60,648 nt of DNA, taken from positions 1-60,648 of the IMG/VR virus record IMGVR_UViG_3300038424_000095, one strand, 5' to 3'. Positions within the stretch are counted from its first letter, which is position 1. Every line of letters begins with the position of its first letter. The DNA is from a virus. Its lineage: Duplodnaviria > Caudoviricetes. Both the position numbers and the translations under genes were made by a program. Under the pieces are notes generated by a model that saw only the letters and a program-made list of their open reading frames with translations, had not been told where the DNA came from and ran no database searches. Positions 1 through 8,288 of this stretch are shown here, in pieces.

Positions 1-337
1 CGGTTTTGACACTCTCTTGGGGAAGATAGAGGCATCGCCAAAGACGGACTGGTGTTATGACTACGAAAAAGTAAAGGCATATGGAGGTGCCCAATGAACC
101 TCAAAGCCGCCTACCTCTGCATCGACCGTGATTCTGTATGGGAGCCCCAAGGCCCCATCATCTCCTGCCCCCGCTGCACGTCCTCTATCTGCGTCCCTCT
201 GGCAGCGTGGGTGCCCACTCAGACGATGACCGACAAGGTATGCGTGAAGGTCGCCCAACCCGAGCCGCCGAAGAGGGGGAACAGGAGATTTATGCGGGCC
301 ATGAGAGAGCCGAGGGGGGTGTGATGTCGGATTTCAG
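1..337. repeat. Terminal direct repeat, copy 1 (circular assembly overlap or terminal redundancy)
   Basis: 1-337 matches 60312-60648; the only differences I found are 127 C/T and 210 G/A. Confidence 0.95.
94..324 (+). CDS. Small Zn-finger-like phage hypothetical protein
   Basis: GGAGG RBS; CID(R/C)...CPRC motif; TGATG coupling to the next gene. Confidence 0.6.
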   Translation: MNLKAAYLCIDRDSVWEPQGPIISCPRCTSSICVPLAAWVPTQTMTDKVCVKVAQPEPPKRGNRRFMRAMREPRGV

Positions 338-512
338 CCCTGATGCCATAGCCCATTGCAGTGTTCACGGTCGCTTCTCAATCAACGATTCACCGGGGGG
401 ATGCCCGGACTGTCCGGAACCCGAGGAGGACTTTCTTTTGACGGATGAGGAGCTGGAGGCGTGCGAAGAGAGGGCAATCAAGGTCGTTGCACTCGAAATA
501 CTGGAGGCTTAA
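324..512 (+). CDS. Small hypothetical protein (CxxH...CPxC)
   Basis: ATG at 324 overlaps the upstream stop; abuts the next ORF. Confidence 0.5.
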   Translation: MSDFSPDAIAHCSVHGRFSINDSPGGCPDCPEPEEDFLLTDEELEACEERAIKVVALEILEA

Positions 513-1091
513 ATGGAAGAAACCCCTTGTATCAAAATTCCTTTTGCAATAGGCAAAAAAATATGGTGGACGGGCAACGGCTACCGAACGGAAAACGTGG
601 TGTGCCCCGAGTGCGCCGGTTATAAGTATGTCACGGTCATACAGGGGAACGGTGAAACATACACTCTTGATTGCCGATGCTGCCAACTCGGTTATGATCA
701 TCCCTTGGGATGGATAGAAAGAACTATTCACGAACATGTCCCTACGCCTTTCATTCCTGGCAGAGTGGAAATTTCCGGCCAACATATCAGATATTCCGAG
801 TCTGGACCTAACGCGACCTGTTACTCATCAATAGACGCAGAGAACCTCTTTGAAACCGAAGAAGAGTGCGCCGTGGCCTGCGAGAAGGAAAACAAAAAAC
901 AGGCCGAATGGGAAGCCGAACGGGAAATAAAAAACCTTCAAGGACGGAGAAAGGACAATGCTTGGAGCGTTCACTATTGGGGAGGGATAGTCAAACGGTT
1001 AGAACGAGAACTTGAGGTTACAAAGGCCCGTCTTGATGCCTGTGGAGAACATAAAAAGAGAGGGAAAGCTAAGGAAATATTGGAGGGATAA
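513..1091 (+). CDS. Hypothetical protein with a DnaJ-like Cys cluster and C-terminal coiled coil
   Basis: CPECAG...CRCC; GGAGG RBS; tightly packed operon. Confidence 0.7.
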   Translation: MEETPCIKIPFAIGKKIWWTGNGYRTENVVCPECAGYKYVTVIQGNGETYTLDCRCCQLGYDHPLGWIERTIHEHVPTPFIPGRVEISGQHIRYSESGPNATCYSSIDAENLFETEEECAVACEKENKKQAEWEAEREIKNLQGRRKDNAWSVHYWGGIVKRLERELEVTKARLDACGEHKKRGKAKEILEG

Positions 1092-2039
1092 ATGGAAGCA
1101 ATCGCAAAGCGTGAAGATGGCTATGGCATTGTGAATTTCGATGAAACAGCCATGTCTGTTTCGGCTGTTGTCAAACAAGTCCAGATCATTCAAAGCGTCA
1201 TGAAGGAAGTCATGAAGAAAGACGAACACTATGGAGTGATTCCCGGCACAGAGAAACCGTCTCTCCTGAAGCCTGGAGCTGAGAAGCTTGGGCTTACCTT
1301 TCGGCTTGCTCCTGAATATGACGTGACGGTTGTGAATCTTCCGAGGGATCACCGGGAATACCAGATCAGGTGTCGTCTCTATCACATCCCCACGGGTGCC
1401 ATGGTCGGTCAGGGGGTTGGTACGTGCTCCACGATGGAGAGCAAGTGGCGCTACCTCTCAGATTACGAATGGACCGGAAGGGCAGTACCGAAAGCCTATT
1501 GGGACAAAAGAGACATTGCCCTCTTGGGTGGTAAGGGTTTTGTAGCCAAGAAGAACGCAGAAAGTCAATGGGAGATTGCCAAGATCGCCGGTAAGGTCGA
1601 AAGGGACAACCCCGCCGATACCTATAACACCTGTGAGAAGATGGCGAAGAAGCGGGCTCACGTCGATGCCATCCTGACGGCAACTGCCGCCTCTGACATC
1701 TTCACTCAAGACCTTGAGGAGATAGTCGAGAACGAGGCCCATACAGACAGGTCCTCGAACGGTCAACAATCTTCAGCCAAGAAACAAAAAGAGGAAACAG
1801 AACCCCACCCCGCCTCAGAAGCACAACTCAAAAGAATAGGGATGCTCATGACGGACTGTGGTTACGACGACATTACTCGCCACGCTCATGCGTCTGAAAT
1901 AGCCGGTATACCGGCCACCATCACGAGTATGAAGGAATTGACGGTGACGCAGGCATCCAAGGTAATAGAGTGCCTTATCGCCGAAAAGAAAGAAATGACA
2001 GGAGGGACCACAAATGCCCACGATACCGTACAAAAATAG
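1092..2039 (+). CDS. Putative ssDNA-annealing/recombination protein
   Basis: Phage-type motifs HYGVIPGTEKPSLLKPGAEKL and KMAKKRAHVDAIL...SDIFTQDLE; C-terminal ASEAQLKRI helix; adjacent to an exonuclease. Confidence 0.6.
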   Translation: MEAIAKREDGYGIVNFDETAMSVSAVVKQVQIIQSVMKEVMKKDEHYGVIPGTEKPSLLKPGAEKLGLTFRLAPEYDVTVVNLPRDHREYQIRCRLYHIPTGAMVGQGVGTCSTMESKWRYLSDYEWTGRAVPKAYWDKRDIALLGGKGFVAKKNAESQWEIAKIAGKVERDNPADTYNTCEKMAKKRAHVDAILTATAASDIFTQDLEEIVENEAHTDRSSNGQQSSAKKQKEETEPHPASEAQLKRIGMLMTDCGYDDITRHAHASEIAGIPATITSMKELTVTQASKVIECLIAEKKEMTGGTTNAHDTVQK

Positions 2040-2691
2040 TTTTGGCCAGAAGGTCAAAGGAACCACAACGATTGTCGGCAATAACTGCGCCTGGGGAGCC
2101 CGAGCTCTTCAATGGTGGTATCACTCCAAAGGGCTTCAGGGAATCGAATACAAAGACATCTTCAAAGAAACCGGGGCAGACGTAGGCACGTTGGCTCACA
2201 AGCTCATTACGGATTACTGGTTAAAACAGGTAATCCTTCCTGATCATGGAGACAAACTATACGAAGGGTTTAGCGAAGAACAGTTATCTCTTGCCCTTCA
2301 AGCCCTCGATTCTTTCACCAAATGGCAGAATAACATACGCTTTGAGCCCTATGCCATGGAAATCAACATGGTCTCCGAGAAATACCAGTACGGCCTCACC
2401 CCGGACATCATAGGTCGGTTTCCTGATGGTCTAGCACTTGTAGACCTAAAAACTGGAAACGGGATTTACGACAGTCACGTATTGCAGATGGCAGCTTACT
2501 TCCAGGGATGGCATGAGGTTCACCCCGACGAGCCTTTGACTGAGGGGATTCACGTTCTGAGAATCGGGAAGGAAAACGCCAACTTTACGCATCATTGGTG
2601 GCAATCCCTACCGCCCGAAGCGTGGGAAGCGTTCATGTTGTGCAAGAGACTCGATGAGATACATCCGGTGATTGAGGCGCTTATTAAATAG
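2014..2691 (+). CDS. PD-(D/E)xK exonuclease (Cas4/lambda-exo-like)
   Basis: GTLAH...E...GLTPDII...LVDLKTG...LQMAAY motifs. Confidence 0.85.
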   Translation: MPTIPYKNSFGQKVKGTTTIVGNNCAWGARALQWWYHSKGLQGIEYKDIFKETGADVGTLAHKLITDYWLKQVILPDHGDKLYEGFSEEQLSLALQALDSFTKWQNNIRFEPYAMEINMVSEKYQYGLTPDIIGRFPDGLALVDLKTGNGIYDSHVLQMAAYFQGWHEVHPDEPLTEGIHVLRIGKENANFTHHWWQSLPPEAWEAFMLCKRLDEIHPVIEALIK

Positions 2692-2751
2692 CCCCCTTAC
2701 CCCCATGGCCGTAAGGGAAAGGCGCATAGCATAGAAGAGGGAGGGAGAAGG

Positions 2752-2949
2752 ATGAATATCCAAGGCGCTCATACCATAGAGACTCACGATTGGGGCATAG
2801 TCGTGAGGGCAAAGGAACCCGTCTACGATCTACTTTGCCGCGGATGTATCCCCATGGGCCATGAGTGGGAATGGCCTGAGACCGGAGGTTGCGGGCGCTG
2901 CCAGAAGTGTGGGGATGGACCGTGGCAGTTGCACAGGAGGAGAGTATGA
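2752..2949 (+). CDS. Small Cys-rich hypothetical protein
   Basis: Strong RBS; CGRCQKC; ATGA overlap with the next gene. Confidence 0.5.
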   Translation: MNIQGAHTIETHDWGIVVRAKEPVYDLLCRGCIPMGHEWEWPETGGCGRCQKCGDGPWQLHRRRV

Positions 2950-3266
2950 GCCAAGAAAAGGAAGTGCGGGAGCGGCAAGCCCAAGTGCTGAGGGATTTTA
3001 TCTATGCTCCTACCAAGCACCCCGGCTGTGAATACATAGCCTTGGACACGATCCTCGCCCTTCTCCCTGACCGGGAGGAGGAGGTGAGGTTGAGAGGGGT
3101 ACTCAAGAAAGCTAAACTCCTACTCTTGTTACTTCGTCCTGAAGAGGGCTTGCTTAGTTGGGAAGTCACAAAAAGCCTTCTTGATGCCACGAGAAGCAAA
3201 ATCAACGCAACCCTATCTGCCATCGATCAGGCCCTTAACCCCGCCCCGGAGAGGAGGCCCAAATGA
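2946..3266 (+). CDS. Hypothetical protein
   Basis: AGGAGG RBS before ATG 2946; ATGA coupling on both sides. Confidence 0.55.
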   Translation: MSQEKEVRERQAQVLRDFIYAPTKHPGCEYIALDTILALLPDREEEVRLRGVLKKAKLLLLLLRPEEGLLSWEVTKSLLDATRSKINATLSAIDQALNPAPERRPK

Positions 3267-3742
3267 ACGATGCCACGAACCGACTGATCACGGAGGCGCA
3301 AGGGCTGTGCTGGCATGTTCCTGATCCTCACCATGCAGATGAGTGTCTGAAATGCCATTCAGCCTTTCAGCGTGATAACTATGAGCCGTACAACTGCTGC
3401 ATTGAGGCACGTCCCGACTACTCCCGCGACTGGTATCCCGTCCTCCTCTACCTCCGCGACGATAGCAAACACGGTCAAGAGGTCGAGGTGGGGTGTTGGG
3501 AATGCTCCAATGGGATGGTGCAGGAACCATACAATAAGGTTATGAAAGGGGCAATGTCTCCATACGTATGTCCCCTCTGCCACGGTAAGGGCCGCGTCAG
3601 GATTGGGGTGTTCACTTATGACGAGTTCAAAATCAAGCAATGGGGTGTTCACATAAACGGACTACCAGATCGCCTCATCGGCCCGCCCCTCGCCGACGCA
3701 GCAGCTGAATTTCTCAAGACTTTGATAAAGGAGACCAAATGA
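3263..3742 (+). CDS. Hypothetical protein, ABA-sandwich-like with Zn-finger insert
   Basis: NRLI.E..G...PDYSRD...LADAAAEFL pattern; CWEC...CPLCHGKG. Confidence 0.55.
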   Translation: MNDATNRLITEAQGLCWHVPDPHHADECLKCHSAFQRDNYEPYNCCIEARPDYSRDWYPVLLYLRDDSKHGQEVEVGCWECSNGMVQEPYNKVMKGAMSPYVCPLCHGKGRVRIGVFTYDEFKIKQWGVHINGLPDRLIGPPLADAAAEFLKTLIKETK

Positions 3743-3940
3743 GAATAGACCTCACCAAAGGAGGATAGAGAATGACCGCAGACGAGTTTCAATGGTTTTA
3801 TGAACGGTTGATGGAGAAACTGTCCTCCATTGAAAGCCTTCTCGAAAGGGCTCTTCAGCCTATTAGTTATGACGATGTTGCCCAGGGGACGCTGAAAGCC
3901 CTTATCGATCAAGGGATCATCGCCAAGAAGGAGGACACTA

Positions 3941-4306
3941 ATGGATAGAATCCTCACATTAGCAATCTGCCTCATGCTCATCTCGACCCCCGCCCTCGCC
4001 TGTGGCCATGGTCACGGTCACGGAGGCCACGGGCATAGTCATGGTTACGGCCATCATGGCGGCCAGTGCGGCAAGCCGAGCGGGACCATTGCTCCCGTTA
4101 CGGGGATTCCCGTATCGGCCCCTGTCGCCCCTTCTCCTGTCGCCCCTGTGAGCCCCGCTGCGCCATCTTCACCTGCAGCTACGGCCCCTGCATCCCCCCC
4201 TGCTTCTGCCCCCTCCAGCGCCCCGGCAGCCGCGGCAAGTGCGCCTTCTCAGGGGGTGAGTCCGACTGGATCGTGGAATTGTCTCTACGAGAGGTGCGGG
4301 AAATGA
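3941..4306 (+). CDS. Secreted His/Gly- and Pro/Ala/Ser-rich low-complexity protein
   Basis: Signal peptide ending ALA; GHGHGHGGHGH tract; AGGAGG RBS. Confidence 0.6.
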   Translation: MDRILTLAICLMLISTPALACGHGHGHGGHGHSHGYGHHGGQCGKPSGTIAPVTGIPVSAPVAPSPVAPVSPAAPSSPAATAPASPPASAPSSAPAAAASAPSQGVSPTGSWNCLYERCGK

Positions 4307-5157
4307 TACGGGTTTTCCCCCGTAGGACTAAATGGACCCCCACCGATGAGTCCGCTTTCGTGGGCGATCCTCCTATGTTTCGACCGACCGATAGATGTAT
4401 TCCGGTAAGGATATCTGTCACCTTTACGTGGGACATTCCCGAGGGAAACCGTTTGTGGCGGGCGTGGAGCAGCTTTTATGACGACGTGCAGATCGGTGGT
4501 CCTGCCTTCGGCGATCCTGGCGGGGAGTTCACCATTGGGAAGTTTATCAAGGAAGGGGCTACCTTCACGAGTAGGGGTTGTATCCGCTCGTGCCCCCATT
4601 GCTTCGTTCCTGAACGGGAAGGCAGGAGGATGCGGGAATATCCCATAAAGCAGGGTCATATCATCCAAGACAACAATCTTCTCGCCTGTACGGACCAGCA
4701 TATAAAGGCTGTCTTCGATATGCTCAGAAGCCAAAGAAAGGCCGCGATCTTCTCGGGAGGCCTCGACATCCGTCTATTAGAGCCTTGGCACCGGGAGCTT
4801 ATCGACTCAATTAGGGTGGATGAACTATGGTTTGCCTGCGACTCCGCTGCCATGCTGAAACCGTTGGAGCGGGCGGCCTCCATCCTTGATGGCATCCCTC
4901 AGAGGAAGCGCCGTTGTTACGTGATGATCGGATATGGAGACGAGACGGTCATTCAGGCTCAGAAGAGGGTAGAGGCCGTCTATGCAATGGGTTTTGATCC
5001 ATTCTCACAGCTTTATCGAGGAGAAGGAGAAAAAGAATACATGCAAGACTGGAAAGACTTGAATAGAAAGTGGAGCAGACCAGCAGCATATAAAGCAGCA
5101 AGTGCCCCTTCTCAGGGTCATGGGGGGAATTGCCCGGATATTAGGTGGTGTCGGTGA
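4303..5157 (+). CDS. Radical SAM protein (phage type)
   Basis: CxxxCxxC (GCIRSCPHC), DNNLLA, GGLDIRL, YVMIGY; ATGA-coupled start at 4303. Confidence 0.85.
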   Translation: MIRVFPRRTKWTPTDESAFVGDPPMFRPTDRCIPVRISVTFTWDIPEGNRLWRAWSSFYDDVQIGGPAFGDPGGEFTIGKFIKEGATFTSRGCIRSCPHCFVPEREGRRMREYPIKQGHIIQDNNLLACTDQHIKAVFDMLRSQRKAAIFSGGLDIRLLEPWHRELIDSIRVDELWFACDSAAMLKPLERAASILDGIPQRKRRCYVMIGYGDETVIQAQKRVEAVYAMGFDPFSQLYRGEGEKEYMQDWKDLNRKWSRPAAYKAASAPSQGHGGNCPDIRWCR

Positions 5158-5268
5158 TGACGCCCTGGTACTATTGGATGCTTCAACGTAGCTCTTGGTG
5201 GATTGAGCATGAGTCTTATCAAGGAGAAGTGTATCTCATAACGACTGCTTAATTGGGGAGATGGGTAA

Positions 5269-5478
5269 ATGACAAAATATCATTTGCTAAGAGAAGCCAG
5301 AAAGCTGATTGACATACTTGATACATGGGGAAATGTTCTTGTCCCGACGATACCAGGACAAACCGAAACCTGCGCCCACGACCGGCTTATGTGGATTCTG
5401 AGTCAGTTGAGAGACGATTATGGGGTAACTACGCAAGAGGATTTACAAATGGGCATCGCTTCTCTTTCTGAGGCATAA
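5269..5478 (+). CDS. Hypothetical protein
   Basis: ORF with GGGGAG RBS in a gap between genes. Confidence 0.45.
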   Translation: MTKYHLLREARKLIDILDTWGNVLVPTIPGQTETCAHDRLMWILSQLRDDYGVTTQEDLQMGIASLSEA

Positions 5479-5547
5479 CCCTTGACGATGCAGGTTGAAC
5501 AGTTTTACGATAGCTCCATACTCAATTCAGAGAATGGAGGCTATTCA

Positions 5548-6699
5548 ATGGCCGGAAGTATAAGATGTGTCGGCTGTCACTCCGGTATCGATGAGCGGTC
5601 CAATGGGATATGCCCGAAGTGCAAAAAAGCTAAGGGGTATGCCATTAATTTCTACTACGAAGGCCGACACCATCGAATCAGGCTCGGGTTGAATTGGACC
5701 GCAACCCGGGTGAAGCTTCGTTCCCTGCGTGCGTCGATAGATGAGGGGCGCTTTGATCCCGTTGAGTGGGGCCTTGTCGATCAGAGCCCGAACAGCCTGG
5801 GGCTTCGGCTGTCCGAGTGGTTTGATGAGGTCAAGGATGACACCGCCCTCACCGAAGGGACAAAGACTATGTACGCCACTCAGGTACGGCGCATACTCGG
5901 GAGCCCGCAAGCTACCGTGAATCTTCTTCGCCTGGACATCGAAGACTTCAGGGCGATGTTCAAAGCAATGCCCCTGAGAAACAGCACGAAGCAAACCACG
6001 AAAAAGGCGCTCAGAACGTTTTTAACATGGGCAAGGGGTAAAAGGTACATCCTCTACATCCCAGCTCTCCCACGGATAAGCAGCGACGATGCCAAGGCCA
6101 AATACATCCTCACGATGGAGCAACAACAAGCCGCGCTTGAACGCTTGCCGGAAGGACGAAGAGGATTGTACCAGCTCATGATGAACATTGGCGCGAGAGT
6201 TAGTGAGGTTCTGACGCTCCAGGTGTCCGACGTGAACTTTGCCCGAAAGGTGGTCATCCTTCAGAGAACGTGGAGTGGTGACACGATCAGGGAAACCACG
6301 AAGACCGGGAAACGTAGAACGCTGCCCCTGACTGATACCGCTTTGGAGATCCTCGCAGAAGCAATAGGGGACAAGATCGGGAACGCCTATATCTGGTCGA
6401 AGACTGACGGCACCCCTTACATAAGACAGGAGATTTACACCGAATGGATGAACAAGTCGGGCCTCGATGTCCCTCTGAAGGATGCGACAAGAAGGACGTT
6501 CGCTACACGACTGAGAAACGAGGGTACGCCCCTTGAGATCATCCAGGCTTTACTCGGGCACAAGAGCGTTAGGATGACGGAGAGATACCTTGACGATGAC
6601 GTGGAATGGGTGAGAACGGCGTTGAAGAAAGCCGATATAGTGAATATGGTACGAGCTCGTAACGAGGCAAACGCTAAGGATTCAGAGGAAGATGTCTAA
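5548..6699 (+). CDS. int: Tyrosine integrase with N-terminal Zn ribbon and arm-binding domain
   Basis: GARVSE, TKTGK, DATRRTFAT (variant of HxLR), LLGHKS...TERY catalytic signature; GGAGG RBS before ATG 5548. Confidence 0.93.
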   Translation: MAGSIRCVGCHSGIDERSNGICPKCKKAKGYAINFYYEGRHHRIRLGLNWTATRVKLRSLRASIDEGRFDPVEWGLVDQSPNSLGLRLSEWFDEVKDDTALTEGTKTMYATQVRRILGSPQATVNLLRLDIEDFRAMFKAMPLRNSTKQTTKKALRTFLTWARGKRYILYIPALPRISSDDAKAKYILTMEQQQAALERLPEGRRGLYQLMMNIGARVSEVLTLQVSDVNFARKVVILQRTWSGDTIRETTKTGKRRTLPLTDTALEILAEAIGDKIGNAYIWSKTDGTPYIRQEIYTEWMNKSGLDVPLKDATRRTFATRLRNEGTPLEIIQALLGHKSVRMTERYLDDDVEWVRTALKKADIVNMVRARNEANAKDSEEDV

Positions 6700-6825
6700 A
6701 AACTACCTGCTTTCATTGTTAAATGTAATGCGCTCCGTACTGAAATACAATAATAAACCATCTGAACCTACTAAAAACGCCTTTTTACGGGCTACCACAT
6801 CCGTACCGAGGTCGTACCGAAGTAC
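6648..6825. other. Putative attP with arm-type direct repeats
   Basis: CGTA(C/A)CGA(G/A)G-like repeats at 6648, 6658, 6736, 6802 and 6813 around an AT-rich intergenic stretch directly after int. Confidence 0.6.
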
Positions 6826-6840
6826 ACAGGAGGATATAGC

Positions 6841-7392
6841 GTGGATCTAGGAACGATTCGATGCGCAGGGTGCCATACCGCACTTCTTAGCCCTATTTGC
6901 CCTAAATGCGGCAAGGAAAAAAACTGCTACATCAATTTATATTGGACGAGGTCGGAAGGTGGCGACAGCCATCATCACAGAATTCGGCTTGGCCTTCCTT
7001 TCGATGAAACAAAGAAGGCACTTGAAAGATTGCGCAGCGAACTCAAGTCTAACCTTCTTAACCCATTTGAATGGGGCCTGCAAGGCTCACTGAAGGGCAC
7101 TGTCGTGGCTCTGAGTCCCAAGCGACAACGTTTATGGGTGAAACTCATCAGAGAAGACGGCACAGCAGTCCAGATGCCCCGCGCCCATTACAACTGGCTT
7201 CAAGCAAACCCTTTTTTCAAAGACATTCCGAAAGGTTACACTATCCACCACCTTGACCTGGACGAGACCAACGACGACCCTACTAACCTCGTCTTGTTCT
7301 ACGGAAAGTATCACACGGCCTATCATTATAAAACCAAGCGACTTATGGATGTCAGACGACTTGAGGTTTTCATCCCGGAGAATGTTCTATGA
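6841..7392 (+). CDS. HNH endonuclease fused to an integrase-like N-terminal Zn-ribbon/arm-binding domain
   Basis: N-terminus aligns with the integrase N-terminus (IRCxGCH...ICPKC...IN.Y...HHRIRLGL...PxEWGL); C-terminal IHHLDLDETNDDPTNL...HTAYH; AGGAGG plus GTG start. Confidence 0.85.
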   Translation: MDLGTIRCAGCHTALLSPICPKCGKEKNCYINLYWTRSEGGDSHHHRIRLGLPFDETKKALERLRSELKSNLLNPFEWGLQGSLKGTVVALSPKRQRLWVKLIREDGTAVQMPRAHYNWLQANPFFKDIPKGYTIHHLDLDETNDDPTNLVLFYGKYHTAYHYKTKRLMDVRRLEVFIPENVL

Positions 7393-7666
7393 GGAAAGCG
7401 CAAAGACTGCCCCTCTCGCTATCTGTCTCGCTGCCCTTAAGGCATTAGAAAAGTGATCCCCACCCCCTTCCTCATCGCCCTCCTCGGCATACTCTTAGGG
7501 GCAGGATACCACTCCTGGCATGACCCGGAGATTCACCCTGCCCCCAAGATTGAAAGTAGAGCGCAGCAGTCGGAAAGGACCGCGCCCTTGGTAGCCGTTC
7601 GAGTCCGACCTACCTATCCCGCCGACGCTGTAGCGGGTTCCTCATTTCCTGCCCCTAGGATTGTTG

Positions 7667-8059
7667 TTACGCAGCCGGGGGAGCAGCCGCCGCTACCGCC
7701 GCTTCCATCGCCGCCGCCGAGTCCTTCAACGTCTGCGCCTTCGTTGCAAGATCCGCCGCAGCCGCCGCTACCTTGTCCGCATTCCCCGGTTCTGCCGCTA
7801 CTTCAGTCAGAAGGGTCTGCATCTCTGTGATGATGTCCTGCTGTGCCTTGGCAATCGCTGTGACGCCATCTCCGATCGCTGTGTTGCTGTCATTCAATGC
7901 TGCTACTGCTTCTTCCATCGTTGCCATGTGAATATCTCCTTTGTTTTTGATTGCCTGGACTATGCCCAGGATTATGTTTAGAGCCTTAATAATGGCTACC
8001 TGATTCACAAGGATCGCGCTGAGTCGGTTGTATATGCCCCGGAACATTTCAGCGAACAT
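7667..8059 (-). CDS. Ala-rich coiled-coil protein at the end of the late operon (alternative internal start MATMEE)
   Basis: Amphipathic heptad pattern; internal AAGGAG RBS. Confidence 0.6.
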   Translation of the reverse strand: MFAEMFRGIYNRLSAILVNQVAIIKALNIILGIVQAIKNKGDIHMATMEEAVAALNDSNTAIGDGVTAIAKAQQDIITEMQTLLTEVAAEPGNADKVAAAAADLATKAQTLKDSAAAMEAAVAAAAPPAA

Positions 8060-8062
8060 GGA

Positions 8063-8275
8063 TCACCTGCCCATGTGTATCGGCGCGGTGAGTATGCTTC
8101 CCACACCAAGCATGGAGAAAAGAAAGTAAAATAGGATGATGAGCACGATCACTGCCGCGGCGACTATCACCCATGTCTTGTACGGTGCAGGGACGTGATG
8201 GTTTGCCACCCACACTATCAACGCAAGGATGCAGAACAGGACTAACAGAAATATGAACAGACTTAGAATAGACAT
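8063..8275 (-). CDS. Small two-TM membrane protein (possible holin)
   Basis: Two hydrophobic helices; AAGGAGG RBS; lysis region. Confidence 0.65.
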   Translation of the reverse strand: MSILSLFIFLLVLFCILALIVWVANHHVPAPYKTWVIVAAAVIVLIILFYFLFSMLGVGSILTAPIHMGR

Positions 8276-8288
8276 GCTTACCTCCTTG

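Noticed and set aside
2014-2691. Cas4 as part of a CRISPR system
   Set aside because: Lacks the Fe-S cysteine cluster; no cas1/cas2 or array; context fits a recombination exonuclease
3941-5157. RiPP cluster (Cys-containing peptide plus radical SAM)
   Set aside because: The peptide has a Sec signal, and the enzyme resembles the common stand-alone phage radical SAM type with no visible SPASM/RRE domain
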